A stretch of 61,992 bases of DNA from Macrostomum lignano (GCA_002269645.1 NIVC01004065.1:1-61992), one strand, 5' to 3'. Counted from the first letter of the stretch, positions 10,950-25,746 are shown. Made by a program: numbers and translations. Notes: a model not told the origin generated them from the sequence alone.

Positions 10950-13667
10950 TTGCTAGGCTTTGCTGGACCCGATTGGCCAATCATGGGGAAATTTGCGAAG
11001 TCATTTTTTATTAAAATATTCATGAAGTTCAAAATTTATCTATACAATAATATTTTGCCTTTAATATATGTATAGCTAGTTTTGTATAATGATAATTATG
11101 ATAAAAGCGGAATAAGAAGAAAAGAAGACCTAGTATATACACATTATAAGCATTAAAATAGTTTAAATTATGCATGATGAATTATATACATATTTATTTA
11201 TTCAATTTATTCCCAATCAAATAATTAAGAATAGCAAGGACTACTGAAATAACATATTTAAATTTTCTAAACAAAATTTTAAATTTCTTTCTAAACAAAT
11301 GCAAAAACCATTAAAATTCAAACAAAGATAAAGTGCAAATGAATCACATATTAAAATAATTCTGATCTATTTAAATTTTAAACAAAAGTTAAACCAAATC
11401 AAACAAAAATTATATTCCTAAAAAGGCATAAAATTTAAAAAAACTGATCAAGGTAATTATAATTAATTTTTGACAAAATACTTGTTTTTGCGATTGTTAT
11501 TGTTATTGTTTTAACAAGTTTTCTAGAATTCATTATAATATTCTTTTTTTGTATACTGTAAAATATATTACATTACCTTTGTTTTATTTAAGAACTTTAT
11601 CTAAGAATAGGAAAAAAGAAAATTTTAAGAAATAGGGCAACAAACAAGGCAAAAGCACAATAAACACATGTTTAAATAGCTCATAGCTGCATTGTTGCCC
11701 AGGTAATTTCTAATTTTATTTATTGATATGGTGTAAGACTAAATTATTATAGACTAGCATTTCGCATGCATAATTTAGCATGCTATAGCCTGGAATAGTA
11801 CTGTAGTATAGAGCCATCAAATAACAGCAATTGAAAGGAACAAACGAAATTGAATCAATAGCCAAATCATATTAAACTTTTAACTCGCTTGCTCGCTAAG
11901 CTAGCTAGCAAAAAAACTTTTCACGCTGTAAATTAAAATCCCGCCAGTCATACAAAAAGTATGACGCGAAAATTACGTTACTTTCAACGTTACAGATTTA
12001 CTTTATTATAAAAGTTGAGAGGTTCCTACGTTCCTTATTAACTGCTTTAAAGAGTTGACTTCTCTAACTTAAAGTGTTACTCGTGGAAATCTGCTACACT
12101 GTATCGGCAGATGAATCATTTCTGTTCAAACTAAGACCATATTTTGCTTCTTTAGGTAACATGTATTACATGTAGCTAATCTGCAACAACAGTAGCAATG
12201 ATTCCTTAAACGCTCGCGAGGCATTTTTTAGGAGGGCAATTTTTAGAGAGGTAATTTAGTTCTTGCACTGTTTATTGTTAGCTTTATGGTTTTGGTTACC
12301 CAAACCTGTATGAGTTGACTCTGTCTACATGTACATGTGATGTACATATGTATATGTACAAGCACCAATCGTGACATGTGTATGTGATGTAGTTTGATTC
12401 ACATAACTATCTCCTTGTCAAATGAAGAATCTTAGCAGAGGATTTTTCCCGAGATCCATCTTGGAATTGGATTTAAAATAGTTTTTTGTATAGATTTGAA
12501 AACTCAGGAAAAGTTATTCGGTTTTTTAAGAATTGTTCATTTCCATGAATTGCTTTTAATGGTGTTTAAATGTGATTTGAGTTTAGTCCAACGTATGAAA
12601 AGTGATTAAATACAGGTGATACTAAATACGATGTACTGAAATATGGTAACAGCTGGTTTCACTCACATACATGTATCATTTAAATGAAATGAACCAATAA
12701 TGCAAGTAGCATATAAAAGCGGCAAGCAACAGACCATATTATGTACATTGAAGCTGTGAACATGAATATGGTCATTTTATTAGTTTGAAAATATCATTTT
12801 ATTAGTCTGAAAAAACTTTGAAAATAGATTCGTAATGAGGCGAATTCGCGAAATACAGATAACTTTAATTTCATGGCTTGTTCAAAAGTAACGTACTAAG
12901 ATCAGAATTAAGTACATGCAACTGGTATCTCCAGAGAAGGAGATGCAGTTTTACATATTTATATAGCTTTATTTTGTTAAAGCGCCGACAGAATTAGGCT
13001 GGCCAAAAAGAGACCAGTCAGGTAAAGATTTGAGCAAACACCGAGACCGAGAAACTATTATAGCTGCCCCCAAAACTCTGCACACGAAAGTTGAGAGAAA
13101 TATATAATGGGAGCGCATAAATAAGTCGACTCGGATTCCAATGCATGCAGCTATTTACTGTAGGATCACCCCAGCAATGAATGAAAGGGAGAGAAAATGT
13201 AAACATTGGAGAGGAGGTGCGGTAGGAAGTTGATACTGTACTGAGGTCCTCGTCTCTCGAATACAGTATGCTGTACACCTACAGGTGAACGTACAATTTA
13301 CCTGTCAGCTCCACCCTCACGCTCTGTTGGTAACGACTCTCGGCAAAGACTTTTTTCAAAACTTCCTTTCTACTCCTGTGCAAGTTTTGCATCGGTTGTC
13401 ATTGACAACGCCGTGAAGCTTCCTTCCCCTCTCTATGCTCTCTCTCTCTCCTCTTCTCTCCTCTCGCCCTGTGTCCCCATATGGTATGCAGACAGCAGCG
13501 CAGAGAAGCAAAGGGGCGTTGTCCCTCATGGACAGAGGCGCTGAGGTGGGGGCGCACGGAATCGAGAATCGCTCGATAAAAGGCATTGGCAGCTCTGGTT
13601 TGCAGTTACAACGGCTGTTTGAAGCAATAGTTAGTTATATCATTGTGCAACTCCTAGCCAAGCCAGT

Positions 13668-14784
13668 ATGGGAGACCTCGACAGCCAGAGTAAGTGGTTG
13701 AAGTTGGCCTTCTTCTTCACAGTCATCGGGTTCTGCCTGCTGCTGTTCACTTCGTTTGGCTGGGGCAGCGCCGGCGGCCAGGCCACGGCTGTGCTGGCCT
13801 TCTTTTTCTACACTGGCGCCATCGTGCTCATCACGGCCTACATCTTTGTGGACGAGGCCAACAATAAGATTGTTCTAATTGTGTTCGCCGTGGCCGCTAT
13901 TCTGGCTGGTAAGATGATTGATTTGTACCTTTACTTGCATGTACATCCATGTACATTACTGCTATTGAATTGACAGCCAAAGTGAGCTTACCGACAAGGC
14001 ATCGGTGATCAATGCAGCGTCTCCAAGAGTTTATCCAACCGATGATTAGAATATATACTACTCAGGATGATCATGGTGCTGGCGCCTCAGGTGCTGTCGC
14101 CACTGGTGCTAAAGCCCCTTGGTTCTAAAGCCCCCTGGTGCTAACGCCCCTGGTGCTAACGCCCCCTGATGCTAACGCCCCTTGTGCTAAAGCCCCCGGT
14201 GCTAAAGCCCCTGGTGCTAAAGCCCCTGGTGCTAAAGCCCCTGGTGCTAAAGCCCCTGGTGCTAAAGCCCCTGGTGCTAAAGCCCCTGGTGCTAAAGCCC
14301 CCTGGTGCTATGCTAAATCCCACCGATGAAAGATCCTGACCATTGCCCCCCATGCTACGACCAGTAGTTATACTTTTGCATGCTTGTGGTGGGCTGTTGC
14401 TGAATGTATATTTAGCTATTTAATTAGCTGGCAGATTTTTAATTAAAAGCAGATAGGTTAAAAAGGGATTAATAGCTGTTGTAAACACTGCGATACTCGC
14501 TGCTTCTCCGCTAAAGCATCGCATGAGTAATTGGAAATCCTACCCAGAGGTGATCTGAGAAGTCAACTCTGACAAGCTAAATCTAATTACGTCTGATTTT
14601 TGGCGTTGCAGAGATTCGAGTCCAGCTCGCACTTCTCCCCCTCCCCCTCCGCAATGCAGGCATCCTTGTCCTCGTCCAGATCTTCGCCAGCAGGGCGCCC
14701 TACAACAGCACCAAGGGCTTCCTGTCCGGGTGCTCGGGCATCGCAGCCGGAGTCATGGCCGTCCTCTCCCTGGTCATGGGCTGA
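13668..14784 (+). CDS. Small four-TM membrane protein (121 aa), claudin/PMP22-like
   Basis: Exons 13668-13908 (donor GTAAG) and 14660-14784 (acceptor TGCAG), phase 1, give an open frame with four hydrophobic segments ending ...GIAAGVMAVLSLVMG*. Family assignment is by topology only. Confidence 0.75.
14088..14308. repeat. 15-bp minisatellite in the tetraspan intron
   Basis: Unit CTGGTGCTAAAGCCC. Confidence 0.95.
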
Positions 14785-15649
14785 GTGAGGAGGCCTGTTG
14801 CTAGGCACGAGAGACTGACTGTGAACTGCTCTATGAGCTGCTGGATTTGAGTCTTCTTATATTTTCTTATTTATCATCTGTAATTTATTAGAAATGTGAT
14901 AAAAATCCGACTTCTTCAAAAAGTTATTTCTTCATAATATTCTACCTACAGCTATTCTTGAATACTGAGGTGTCACAATCATAGCCATTCAGGTGACAGC
15001 TTACAAATATTTAATAGCATTCAATAGTAATTTCCTACACAAGTATCAGAACACCTTAACTACTAAACCTTCTATTCAGTGTTTATAGCATTAAACCCAA
15101 GTAATTGTTGTTGAGAATTTGAAACTGTGGTTTTAATACGAGCTATTCGAATTCGGATATTTGTCCATAGCAACCTTGAGTATTTCTGAATGTACTTATA
15201 AAAACATTCAAATATACTGGTACACCCTGAGCATTCGTCAGCTAGACTGAATTTTTCTCTGCTTACGAGAAGATGAAAACACTCACTTAAAAATCGTTCA
15301 CTACATGCAATATTTTACAGGATAATTTGTTTGACCAAAGGTGATAGATATTGATATTTGGCTATGTACATTTCAGCTTTTATTTCAGTGTACATTCTTT
15401 ATTGTAGCTTCGCATCGATTGGTCAGGATTCCGCGCCGCCAAGAGAGATACGAGCGTAGAGGGTAGAGAAGACAGGGAGTGAAAAAAGTGGCCCAGCTTA
15501 TGTACATTAAACTTCGTCCCTCAATGTACATAGATGGCTGAGAGGCGGCTCTCATTAAAAAATCAATAAAATACTTGTCTGTGCAGAAACAATACAGTTA
15601 CTAGCGTAAATATTTTCAACACATATCAGGACAAATTATAAATTAGAAA

Positions 15650-16300
15650 ATGAATTTCCCAACGGTGGTGGTGCTGCTGCTGCTTCCGCAACTACTCGTA
15701 GTAGGCAGCCAGTCCACGCCGCCGCCGTCTGCCAAAGCGTGCCGATGGAATTTGGCGTCCTGCCAAACTGCCTGCGGTTCTGTTCGCCCGGCCGTGCTGG
15801 TGCAGGCGGGCGCTGCGGCTGCCAGCTGTCCCGAATGCATGTGCAGCAGCAGCAGCAGCAGCAGCAGTGTTAGAGACAAAGACTCCAGCAGTGCGCTGCC
15901 AGGCGCAGTCGCTGACGCTGATGTGTCCAAGTTGAGTCAACTAGCCAGCGACCTGAGCAGCGTACTCAACGCTTTGGCCGACCGGCTGCTGACTGCTCAG
16001 CCGACTGCGACAACCGCGGCAGCTGCGACAACTACCGCGCCTGCGTCTCCTCACTGCCAGTGGCTCCGCGGTTGCGGCCTGTCATGTCGGGAATTCGGCT
16101 ACCGAATGGAGTCCGGAAACGGCTGCCCGCTGTGTCAATGCCGTGGCTCGGCCAGGGAGGCCTGCGACTGTCGATGCAGGCGGCGCGTCAGCCAGGCTGC
16201 CGAGGCCGCGGAGATGGCCTGCGCCTGCGACTGCGTGCAAGAGGACGGCGCCACGGTTAGAGAGACTTCGCGCTTCCGGCTGAACAGTGGCGGGGCCTGA
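15650..16300 (+). CDS. Secreted Cys-rich protein with antistasin-like modules
   Basis: Signal-like N-terminus (MNFPTVVVLLLLPQLLVVGS), module CQWLRGCGLSCREFGYRMESGNGCPLCQC, GC-rich codon usage, AATAAA at 16500-16505. An alternative C-terminus via the ACG|GTTAG donor near 16256 cannot be excluded. Confidence 0.75.
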   Translation: MNFPTVVVLLLLPQLLVVGSQSTPPPSAKACRWNLASCQTACGSVRPAVLVQAGAAAASCPECMCSSSSSSSSVRDKDSSSALPGAVADADVSKLSQLASDLSSVLNALADRLLTAQPTATTAAAATTTAPASPHCQWLRGCGLSCREFGYRMESGNGCPLCQCRGSAREACDCRCRRRVSQAAEAAEMACACDCVQEDGATVRETSRFRLNSGGA

Positions 16301-16475
16301 CAGTTGTAGGGTCTGACAGTTGTAGGGTCTGACAGTTGTAGGGTCTGACAGTTGTAGGGTCTGACAGTTGTAGGGTCTGACAGTTGTAGGGTCTGACAGT
16401 TGTAGGGTCTGACAGTTGTAGAGTCTGAGAGTTGCAGGGTCTGACAGTTGTAGGGTCTGACAGTTGTAGGATCTT
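16298..16475. repeat. 16-bp minisatellite at the 3' end of the Cys-rich gene
   Basis: Unit CTGACAGTTGTAGGGT; the stop codon lies in the first unit. Confidence 0.95.
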
Positions 16476-16752
16476 GACAATATTGCAGTTCTTATTCAAA
16501 ATAAATCAACTAATCTTGACAACAAATACAACGGTAGAATGTTGTGCTATTTTTCCTTGTTTGTAACATTTCTTTAAATACTTTTGTTGCATTATTGATA
16601 ATTTCTGCTCTTCGGCATCTAGTTTGTTGACTGTGTGTTCTAATATTGAGATATACGTATTTCAACGTACTTGAAGGTAGGAAACTTTAGATTTTGTTCA
16701 AGACTACTTCTAGCAGAGTGTTAAGCACATGTTTTGTTATCTAGAAGTTGAG

Positions 16753-16753
16753 A

Positions 16754-16852
<99 letters not shown>

Positions 16853-16885
16853 CATAGATACATAGATACATAGATACATAGATAC

Positions 16886-16924
<39 letters not shown>

Positions 16925-17780
16925 CATAGATACATAGATACATAGATACATAGATACATAGATACATAGATACATAGATACATAGATACATAGATACATA
17001 GATACATAGATACATAGATACATAGATACATAGATACATAGATACATAGATACATAGATACATAGATACATAGATACATAGATACATAGATACATAGATA
17101 CATAGATACATAGATACATAGATACATAGATACATAGATACATAGATACATAGATACATAGATACATAGATACATAGATACATAGATACACAGATACACA
17201 GATACATAGATACATAGATACATAGATACATAGATACATAGATACATAGATACATAGATACATAGATACATAGATACATAGATACATAGATACATAGATA
17301 CATAGATACATAGATACATAGATACATAGATACATAGATACATAGATACATAGATACATAGATACATAGATACATAGATACATAGATACAAAGATACATA
17401 GATACATAGATACATAGATACATAGATACATAGATACATAGATACATAGATACATAGATACATAGATACATAGATACATAGATACATAGATACATAGATA
17501 CATAGATACATAGATACATAGATACATAGATACATAGATACATAGATACATAGATACATAGATACATAGATACATAGATACATAGATACATAGATACATA
17601 GATACATAGATACATAGATACATAGATACATAGATACATAGATACATAGATACATAGATACATAGATACATAGATACATAGATACATAGATACATAGATA
17701 CATAGATACATAGATACATAGATACATAGATACATAGATACATAGATACATAGGAACATAGATAGATAGATAGATAGATA
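16753..17780. repeat. Compound (GATA)n/(GATACATA)n microsatellite
   Basis: About 1 kb of 4- and 8-bp units. Confidence 0.98.
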
Positions 17781-18628
17781 TTAGTCACGTGACTGTTTTT
17801 CCACAGGCAAAAATGAAAGGCAATTTAAAAATTTCCTTCTTTGTCACGCCCGGCCCAAACCAGCCAAATATTTTAAATTGACTTCTTGTTTTCAATAATT
17901 TGCCCTCCCAAGTGTTTCTCAATTTTCAGAATTAATTAAAAACAGCAAAAAAACTCTATCAATTTTTTTTGCTTCATTTTACGGTAGATCTCGAGCCGAA
18001 CTTGCTGATGACGGCAGGGGAGACTCGCCAGCTCTCATCACATGACTTTTCAGTGAATCAGCAGCCTCCTGAGTCCACGGGCACGATTCACTTTTTTATG
18101 CTATAGCATTCTCCAAGAGGTTTTTGACGGAATTTTTAAATCATTTGCATCGTTGATTTATTGCCCCATCCAGCATCTGCGCGACATCGCCTCGCTGTCA
18201 AATCGCTCACGCATGCTCAATGGTAACTTGATTAATGCGGCTCCCCAACTGACAGTCCGGATTTCCCACAGATTAGTGTAGTCAGTGTAGAACAGGGAAA
18301 AGTACAGTTCGCGTGTGCAGCCGGCGTGTTGTGCAAGTCAAGTCGAGCCTCGGCTGCGAATTTGTTCAAATTAGGCGTTTCGGCGATGCAGAATTAAATT
18401 TGTCTCAAGTTAAGACAAGGCCCTAAATTAATGGGCTCAGCCTGCTCCAAGGACAGGCAACAGCGGCAGTCTGTGCTGTAAACAAGCGAACTGCATAGAT
18501 CTGCACCTCTTGCATTGGTAATCAGAGCAGTCGGCTCCCATTGGCTGAGAGAAGAAGACTCCTGCCGTTTCCATCCAGTCTATATCCCAGCGCCTCTGCC
18601 GTGCACGGTTGATCGCTGTCGCGCCGCC

Positions 18629-18823
18629 ATGTCCACCTCCAGCCAGCAGCGAAGGCACCATCGAATTCGGTCCGTCACCAACGGCTGCCTCCCGGAGCCG
18701 GTCACGGCTGCCAACACAGTTGGCGGAGTTCAGCAGCTGCAGCTGCCGACTGCCGGGCCGAGGCTGCGCAGTCACCGACCGTTGCTGCCCGAGGCGCCCT
18801 CCAGGCCAAGGAGCTTCACAATG
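18629..18823 (+). CDS. Putative alternative first coding exon of the MAST kinase
   Basis: GCCGCC-ATG context, 65 open codons (MSTSSQQRRHHRIRSVTNG...RPRSFTM) and a phase-0 donor GTGCGT. The link to MAST is inferred from phase and position. Confidence 0.5.
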
Positions 18824-18844
18824 GTGCGTTCTCTCTTTGTTAGA

Positions 18845-21800
18845 GATTCCTACATGATCCCTACATCAATCAGGGAGGTCTGATACCTACATCAATCAGG
18901 GGATCTGATCCCTACATCAATCAGAGAGGGTCTGATCCCTACATCAATCAGAGAGGGTCTGATCCCTACATCAATCAGGGGATCTGATCCCTACATCAAT
19001 CAGGGGATCTGATCCCTACATCAATCAGGGAGGGTCTGATCCCTACATCAATCAGGGGATCTGATCCCTACATCAATCAGGGAGGGTCTGATCCCTATAT
19101 CAATCAGGGGATCTGATCCCTACATCAATCAGGGGATCTGATCCCTACATCAATCAGAGAGGGTCTGATCCCTACATCAATCAGGGGATCTGATCCCTAC
19201 ATCAATCAGGGGATCTGATCCCTACATCAATCAGAGAGGGTCTGATCCCTACATCAATCAGGGGATCTGATCCCTACATCAATCAGGGAGGGTCTGATCC
19301 CTATATCAATCAGGGGATCTGATCCCTACATCAATCAGGGGATCTGATCCCTACATCAATCAGTGAGGGTCTGATCCCTACATCAATCACAGAGGGTCTG
19401 ATCCCTACATCAATCAGGGGATCTGATCCCTACATCAATCAGTGAGGGTCTGATCCCTACATCAATCAGAGAGGGTCTGATCCCTACATCAATCAGGGGA
19501 TCTGATCCCTACATCAATCAGGGGATCTGATCCCTACATCAATCAGAGAGGGTCTGATCCCTACATCAATCAGGGGATCTGATCCCTACATCAATCAGGG
19601 GATCTGATCCCTACATCAATCAGAGAGGGTCTGATCCCTACATCAATCAGGGGATCTGATCCCTACATCAATCAGGGAGGGTCTGATCCCTATATCAATC
19701 AGGGGATCTGATCCCTACATCAATCAGGGGATCTGATCCCTACATCAATCAGTGAGGGTCTGATCCCTACATCAATCACAGAGGGTCTGATCCCTACATC
19801 AATCAGGGGATCTGATCCCTACATCAATCAGAGAGGGTCTGATCCCTACATCAATCAGGGGATCTGATCCCTACATCAATCAGGGAGGGTCTGATCCCTA
19901 TATCAATCAGGGGATCTGATCCCTACATCAATCAGGGGATCTGATCCCTACATCAATCAGTGAGGGTCTGATCCCTACATCAATCACAGAGGGTCTGATC
20001 CCTACATCAATCAGGGGATCTGATCCCTACATCAATCAGAGAGGGTCTGATCCCTACATCAATCAGGGGATCTGATCCCTACATCAATCAGGGAGGGTCT
20101 GATCCCTATATCAATCAGGGGATCTGATCCCTACATCAATCAGGGGATCTGATCCCTACATCAATCAGTGAGGGTCTGATCCCTACATCAATCACAGAGG
20201 GTCTGATCCCTACATCAATCAGGGGATCTGATCCCTACATCAATCAGTGAGGGTCTGATCCCTACATCAATCAGAGAGGGTCTGATCCCTACATCAATCA
20301 GGGGATCTGATCCCTACATCAATCAGGGGATCTGATCCCTACATCAATCAGAGAGGGTCTGATCCCTACATCAATCAGGGGATCTGATCCCTACATCAAT
20401 CAGGGGATCTGATCCCTACATCAATCAGAGAGGGTCTGATCCCTACATCAATCAGGGGATCTGATCCCTACATCAATCAGGGAGGGTCTGATCCCTATAT
20501 CAATCAGGGGATCTGATCCCTACATCAATCAGGGGATCTGATCCCTACATCAATCAGTGAGGGTCTGATCCCTACATCAATCACAGAGGGTCTGATCCCT
20601 ACATCAATCAGGGGATCTGATCCCTACATCAATCAGAGAGGGTCTGATCCCTACATCAATCAGGGGATCTGATCCCTACATCAATCAGGGAGGGTCTGAT
20701 CCCTATATCAATCAGGGGATCTGATCCCTACATCAATCAGGGGATCTGATCCCTACATCAATCAGTGAGGGTCTGATCCCTACATCAATCACAGAGGGTC
20801 TGATCCCTACATCAATCAGGGGATCTGATCCCTACATCAATCAGAGAGGGTCTGATCCCTACATCAATCAGGGGATCTGATCCCTACATCAATCAGGGAG
20901 GGTCTGATCCCTATATCAATCAGGGGATCTGATCCCTACATCAATCAGGGGATCTGATCCCTACATCAATCAGTGAGGGTCTGATCCCTACATCAATCAC
21001 AGAGGGTCTGATCCCTACATCAATCAGGGGATCTGATCCCTACATCAATCAGAGAGGGTCTGATCCCTACATCAATCAGGGGATCTGATCCCTACATCAA
21101 TCAGGGAGGGTCTGATCCCTATATCAATCAGGGGATCTGATCCCTACATCAATCAGGGGATCTGATCCCTACATCAATCAGTGAGGGTCTGATCCCTACA
21201 TCAATCACAGAGGGTCTGATCCCTACATCAATCAGGGGATCTGATCCCTACATCAATCAGTGAGGGTCTGATCCCTACATCAATCAGAGAGGGTCTGATC
21301 CCTACATCAATCAGGGGATCTGATCCCTACATCAATCAGGGGATCTGATCCCTACATCAATCAGAGAGGGTCTGATCCCTACATCAATCAGGGGATCTGA
21401 TCCCTACATCAATCAGGGGATCTGATCCCTACATCAATCAGAGAGGGTCTGATCCCTACATCAATCAGGGGATCTGATCCCTACATCAATCAGGGAGGGT
21501 CTGATCCCTATATCAATCAGGGGATCTGATCCCTACATCAATCAGGGGATCTGATCCCTACATCAATCAGTGAGGGTCTGATCCCTACATCAATCACAGA
21601 GGGTCTGATCCCTACATCAATCAGGGGATCTGATCCCTACATCAATCAGAGAGGGTCTGATCCCTACATCAATCAGGGGATCTGATCCCTACATCAATCA
21701 GGGAGGGTCTGATCCCTATATCAATCAGGGGATCTGATCCCTACATCAATCAGGGGATCTGATCCCTACATCAATCAGTGAGGGTCTGATCCCTACATCA

Positions 21801-23025
21801 ATCACAGAGGGTCTGATCCCTACATCAATCAGGGGATCTGATCCCTACATCAATCAGAGAGGGTCTGATCCCTACATCAATCAGGGGATCTGATCCCTAC
21901 ATCAATCAGGGAGGGTCTGATCCCTATATCAATCAGGGGATCTGATCCCTACATCAATCAGGGGATCTGATCCCTACATCAATCAGTGAGGGTCTGATCC
22001 CTACATCAATCACAGAGGGTCTGATCCCTACATCAATCAGGGGATCTGATCCCTACATCAATCAGTGAGGGTCTGATCCCTACATCAATCAGAGAGGGTC
22101 TGATCCCTACATCAATCAGGAGATCTGATCCCTACATCAATCAGAAGTGGTCTGATCCCTACATCAATCAGAGAGGGTCTGATCCCTACATCAATCAGGG
22201 GATCTGATCCCTACATCAATCAGGGGATCTGATCCCTACATCAATCAGAGAGGGTCTGATCCCTACATCAATCAGGGGATCTGATCCCTACATCAATCAG
22301 GGAGGGTCTGATCCCTATATCAATCAGGGGATCTGATCCCTACATCAATCAGTGAGGGTCTGATCCCTACATCAATCACAGAGGGTCTGATCCCTACATC
22401 AATCAGGGGATCTGATCCCTACATCAATCAGTGAGGGTCTGATCCCTACATCAATCAGAGAGGGTCTGATCCCTACATCAATTAGGGGATCTGATCCCTA
22501 CATCAATCAGTAAGGGTCTGATCCCTACATCAATCAGAGAGGGTCTGATCCCTACATCAATCAGGAGATCTGATCCCTACATCAATCAGAAGTGGTCTGA
22601 TCCCTACATCAATCAGGGGATCTGATCCCCATATCAATCAGAGAGGGTCTGATCCCTACATCAATCAGAGAGGGTCTGATCCCTACATCAATCAGGGGAT
22701 CTGATCCCTACATCAATCAGTGAGGGTCTGATCCCTACATCAATCAGAGAGGGTCTGATCCCTACATCAATCAGGGGATCTGATCCCTACATCAATCAGT
22801 GAGGGTCTGATCCCTACATCAATCAGAGAGGGTCTGATCCCTACATCAATCAGGAGATCTGATCCCTACATCAATCAGAAGTGATCTGATCCCTACATCA
22901 ATCAGGGGATCTGATCCCCATATCAATCAGAGAGGGTCTGATCCCTACATCAATCAGGGGATCTGATCCCTACATCAATCAGGGGATCTGATCCCCATAT
23001 CAATCAGAGAGGGTCTGATCTCTAC
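18845..23025. repeat. 4.2-kb 25/27-bp satellite with higher-order structure
   Basis: Units CTGATCCCTACATCAATCAG+GGGAT (25) or +AGAGGGT/TGAGGGT/GGAGGGT (27). Confidence 0.98.
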
Positions 23026-23656
23026 GTGATTTGATCAGCCCCATGCTGATTTGACCTGAACTGACCGGCAACGCAGGAAAATACATAGTGTCCAACGAGG
23101 TTTTGCCATAGACAAACTCCGCCAAGAAAAATCCGCTTCGAAAAACTATTGACACAAAACCATTCATGCGAGATCGTTATGCGAGAGTTAAAAAATTTAA
23201 ATAAAAAAATACAAGTCTGCAAATACTGTACTCGTATTAGCCAGTAGCCTACTGTAAACAAAAGAACTTAAGCAATTCCTATTGTTTATTATTGTTCACA
23301 AAAGTCCACTTGCGCAGCATTCCACGTTCATTTTTTGGGTGCAGAGTTTTTGTAAGAGGCATTTTTGTCGCGTCACGTTTTTTTGGCTGGGAGGGAAAGT
23401 GCAACAGATAGCTTGAGCTAACAGCAGACAATGCCCACCGTTTACAAGTCAAAATTTGTTGTTGGGATGCCGGCCGACAGACAGACGCAGAGAGCCCCTG
23501 TCTGCGCCCAGGTGATTTATGAGCAGCTATCTGCGCAACTCTGTTGCCATGCGGACTGGGGGACTAAGCCAAGGACATCTGCTACGAGAATCTGGACTGC
23601 AAACTCTTTCCCCCAAGACCCCAATTGCTGCACTTGTGTAGTTTGTATGCGAAAGA

Positions 23657-24567
<911 letters not shown>

Positions 24568-25436
24568 CCTGAAATCGAGAGATTTGGTACTCCAGATCTT
24601 TGTTCATTCGGTCTCTTTGGCCAAGCGCTGTCCCCACGGGGAAGAGGCGAAGCATGATTGAGTGCCCGACTTTGGAAATAGTGGGGGGGGACATATTCCT
24701 ATTTTTACAGGCCTGTGTCGGCCAAAACACAATGCCCACAAGAAATGGTTTCTCTGTTTCCCGTCTGACAGAAAAGTATTTTTATCAAGCGGATTTCCTT
24801 TCCTTATCGCGCCAGTAGGTGCCTATTTAATATTCTGCAACACCTTTCAAAGCAGTATTCGATCGCATTCATGCGAACTTTATCAGCTCGAAATAAATAA
24901 GATACCAAACTCGGAGCTCAAGTTCAAATGGGTCGCGCCATACGCTCAGGCAGTGCTCAAGACTTTAGGGACTGTATCGAAGGCAGAGAAGCGGACAGAA
25001 AAAGCAGAGCAGTGCACTGAGCGGCGCTGCACCTGGTTCTTGGCTGTAAATACAGAATGCATATCAAGCAACTGCCTGCCACAACAGCCGGCCATTCATT
25101 CGGGTCAGAGGTGGTTGGGGGTTGCAGCTAGAAAAAAACGTACAAAGCCAGAGAGGAGAGAGAGAGAGAGAGCCAGGCTTATTAAGAAAAGCTTCAGTCC
25201 TGACCGAATCCAATTCGCTTGTGCAGTGCAGTGCGCTTTACTTTAGCAAGAGAATAAACAAACATTATACCTAGCTGTATACATACTATTCGCACATACA
25301 GCATTTGACATTATTTAAAACCGACCAACGCGGCCGCACTACTGCTGCAGTGAGACCGCAGCCAACGGCGAGCAGTAAAACATAGCTGGGAAAATATGAG
25401 CCGATAGCGTACAGGCAGTCGAAGAAGAGAGTCGCC

Positions 25437-25736
25437 ATGGACAGTCCCATGGCCGAGGACTACGATCAGGTGTTCATGAGCAGCCAGTCCAGTTCTGTGT
25501 CAAACTCGTGCGCTAATAAGCCAGCCTCGCAGCTGGCCTCGGAGGATGAGGAGCAGCAGCTGACCATCACCAGGGAGCGGTGCAACTCCATCGTGAGGCG
25601 GAGTCTGAGCTGGCAGCCGAGACGGCCGCCACCGACCAATCCGCATGCGGTGGCCGCCGCAGCTGCCTCCACCGCCCTGCTGATGCGGACTGGCGAGGAG
25701 GCTGGCGGCTCGCCGAGCGACCGGAGTAGAAATCCG
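25437..25736 (+). CDS. Putative alternative first coding exon of the MAST kinase
   Basis: TCGCC-ATG-G context, 100 open codons (MDSPMAEDYDQVF...RSRNP) and a phase-0 donor GTGAGA. Confidence 0.6.
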
Positions 25737-25746
25737 GTGAGACTGA

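Noticed and set aside
11947-11965. Hairpin GTCATAC-AAAAA-GTATGAC as a Helitron/Helentron end
   Set aside because: No CTRR terminus or other element boundary could be identified.
16721-17788. Three 336-355-aa minus-strand ORFs
   Set aside because: Translations of the GATA/GATACATA microsatellite.
18437-18775. 112-aa minus-strand ORF
   Set aside because: No recognisable domain; the plus strand has a Kozak ATG and donor that explain the GC-rich segment better.
18845-23025. CRISPR-like array (25-37-bp partly palindromic repeats here and at 8729-10668)
   Set aside because: No unique spacers, no cas genes, and a eukaryotic intronic context.
24662-25246. 194-aa plus-strand ORF
   Set aside because: Non-ATG start, AT-rich codon usage unlike the host genes, includes a GA repeat; probably promoter or UTR.
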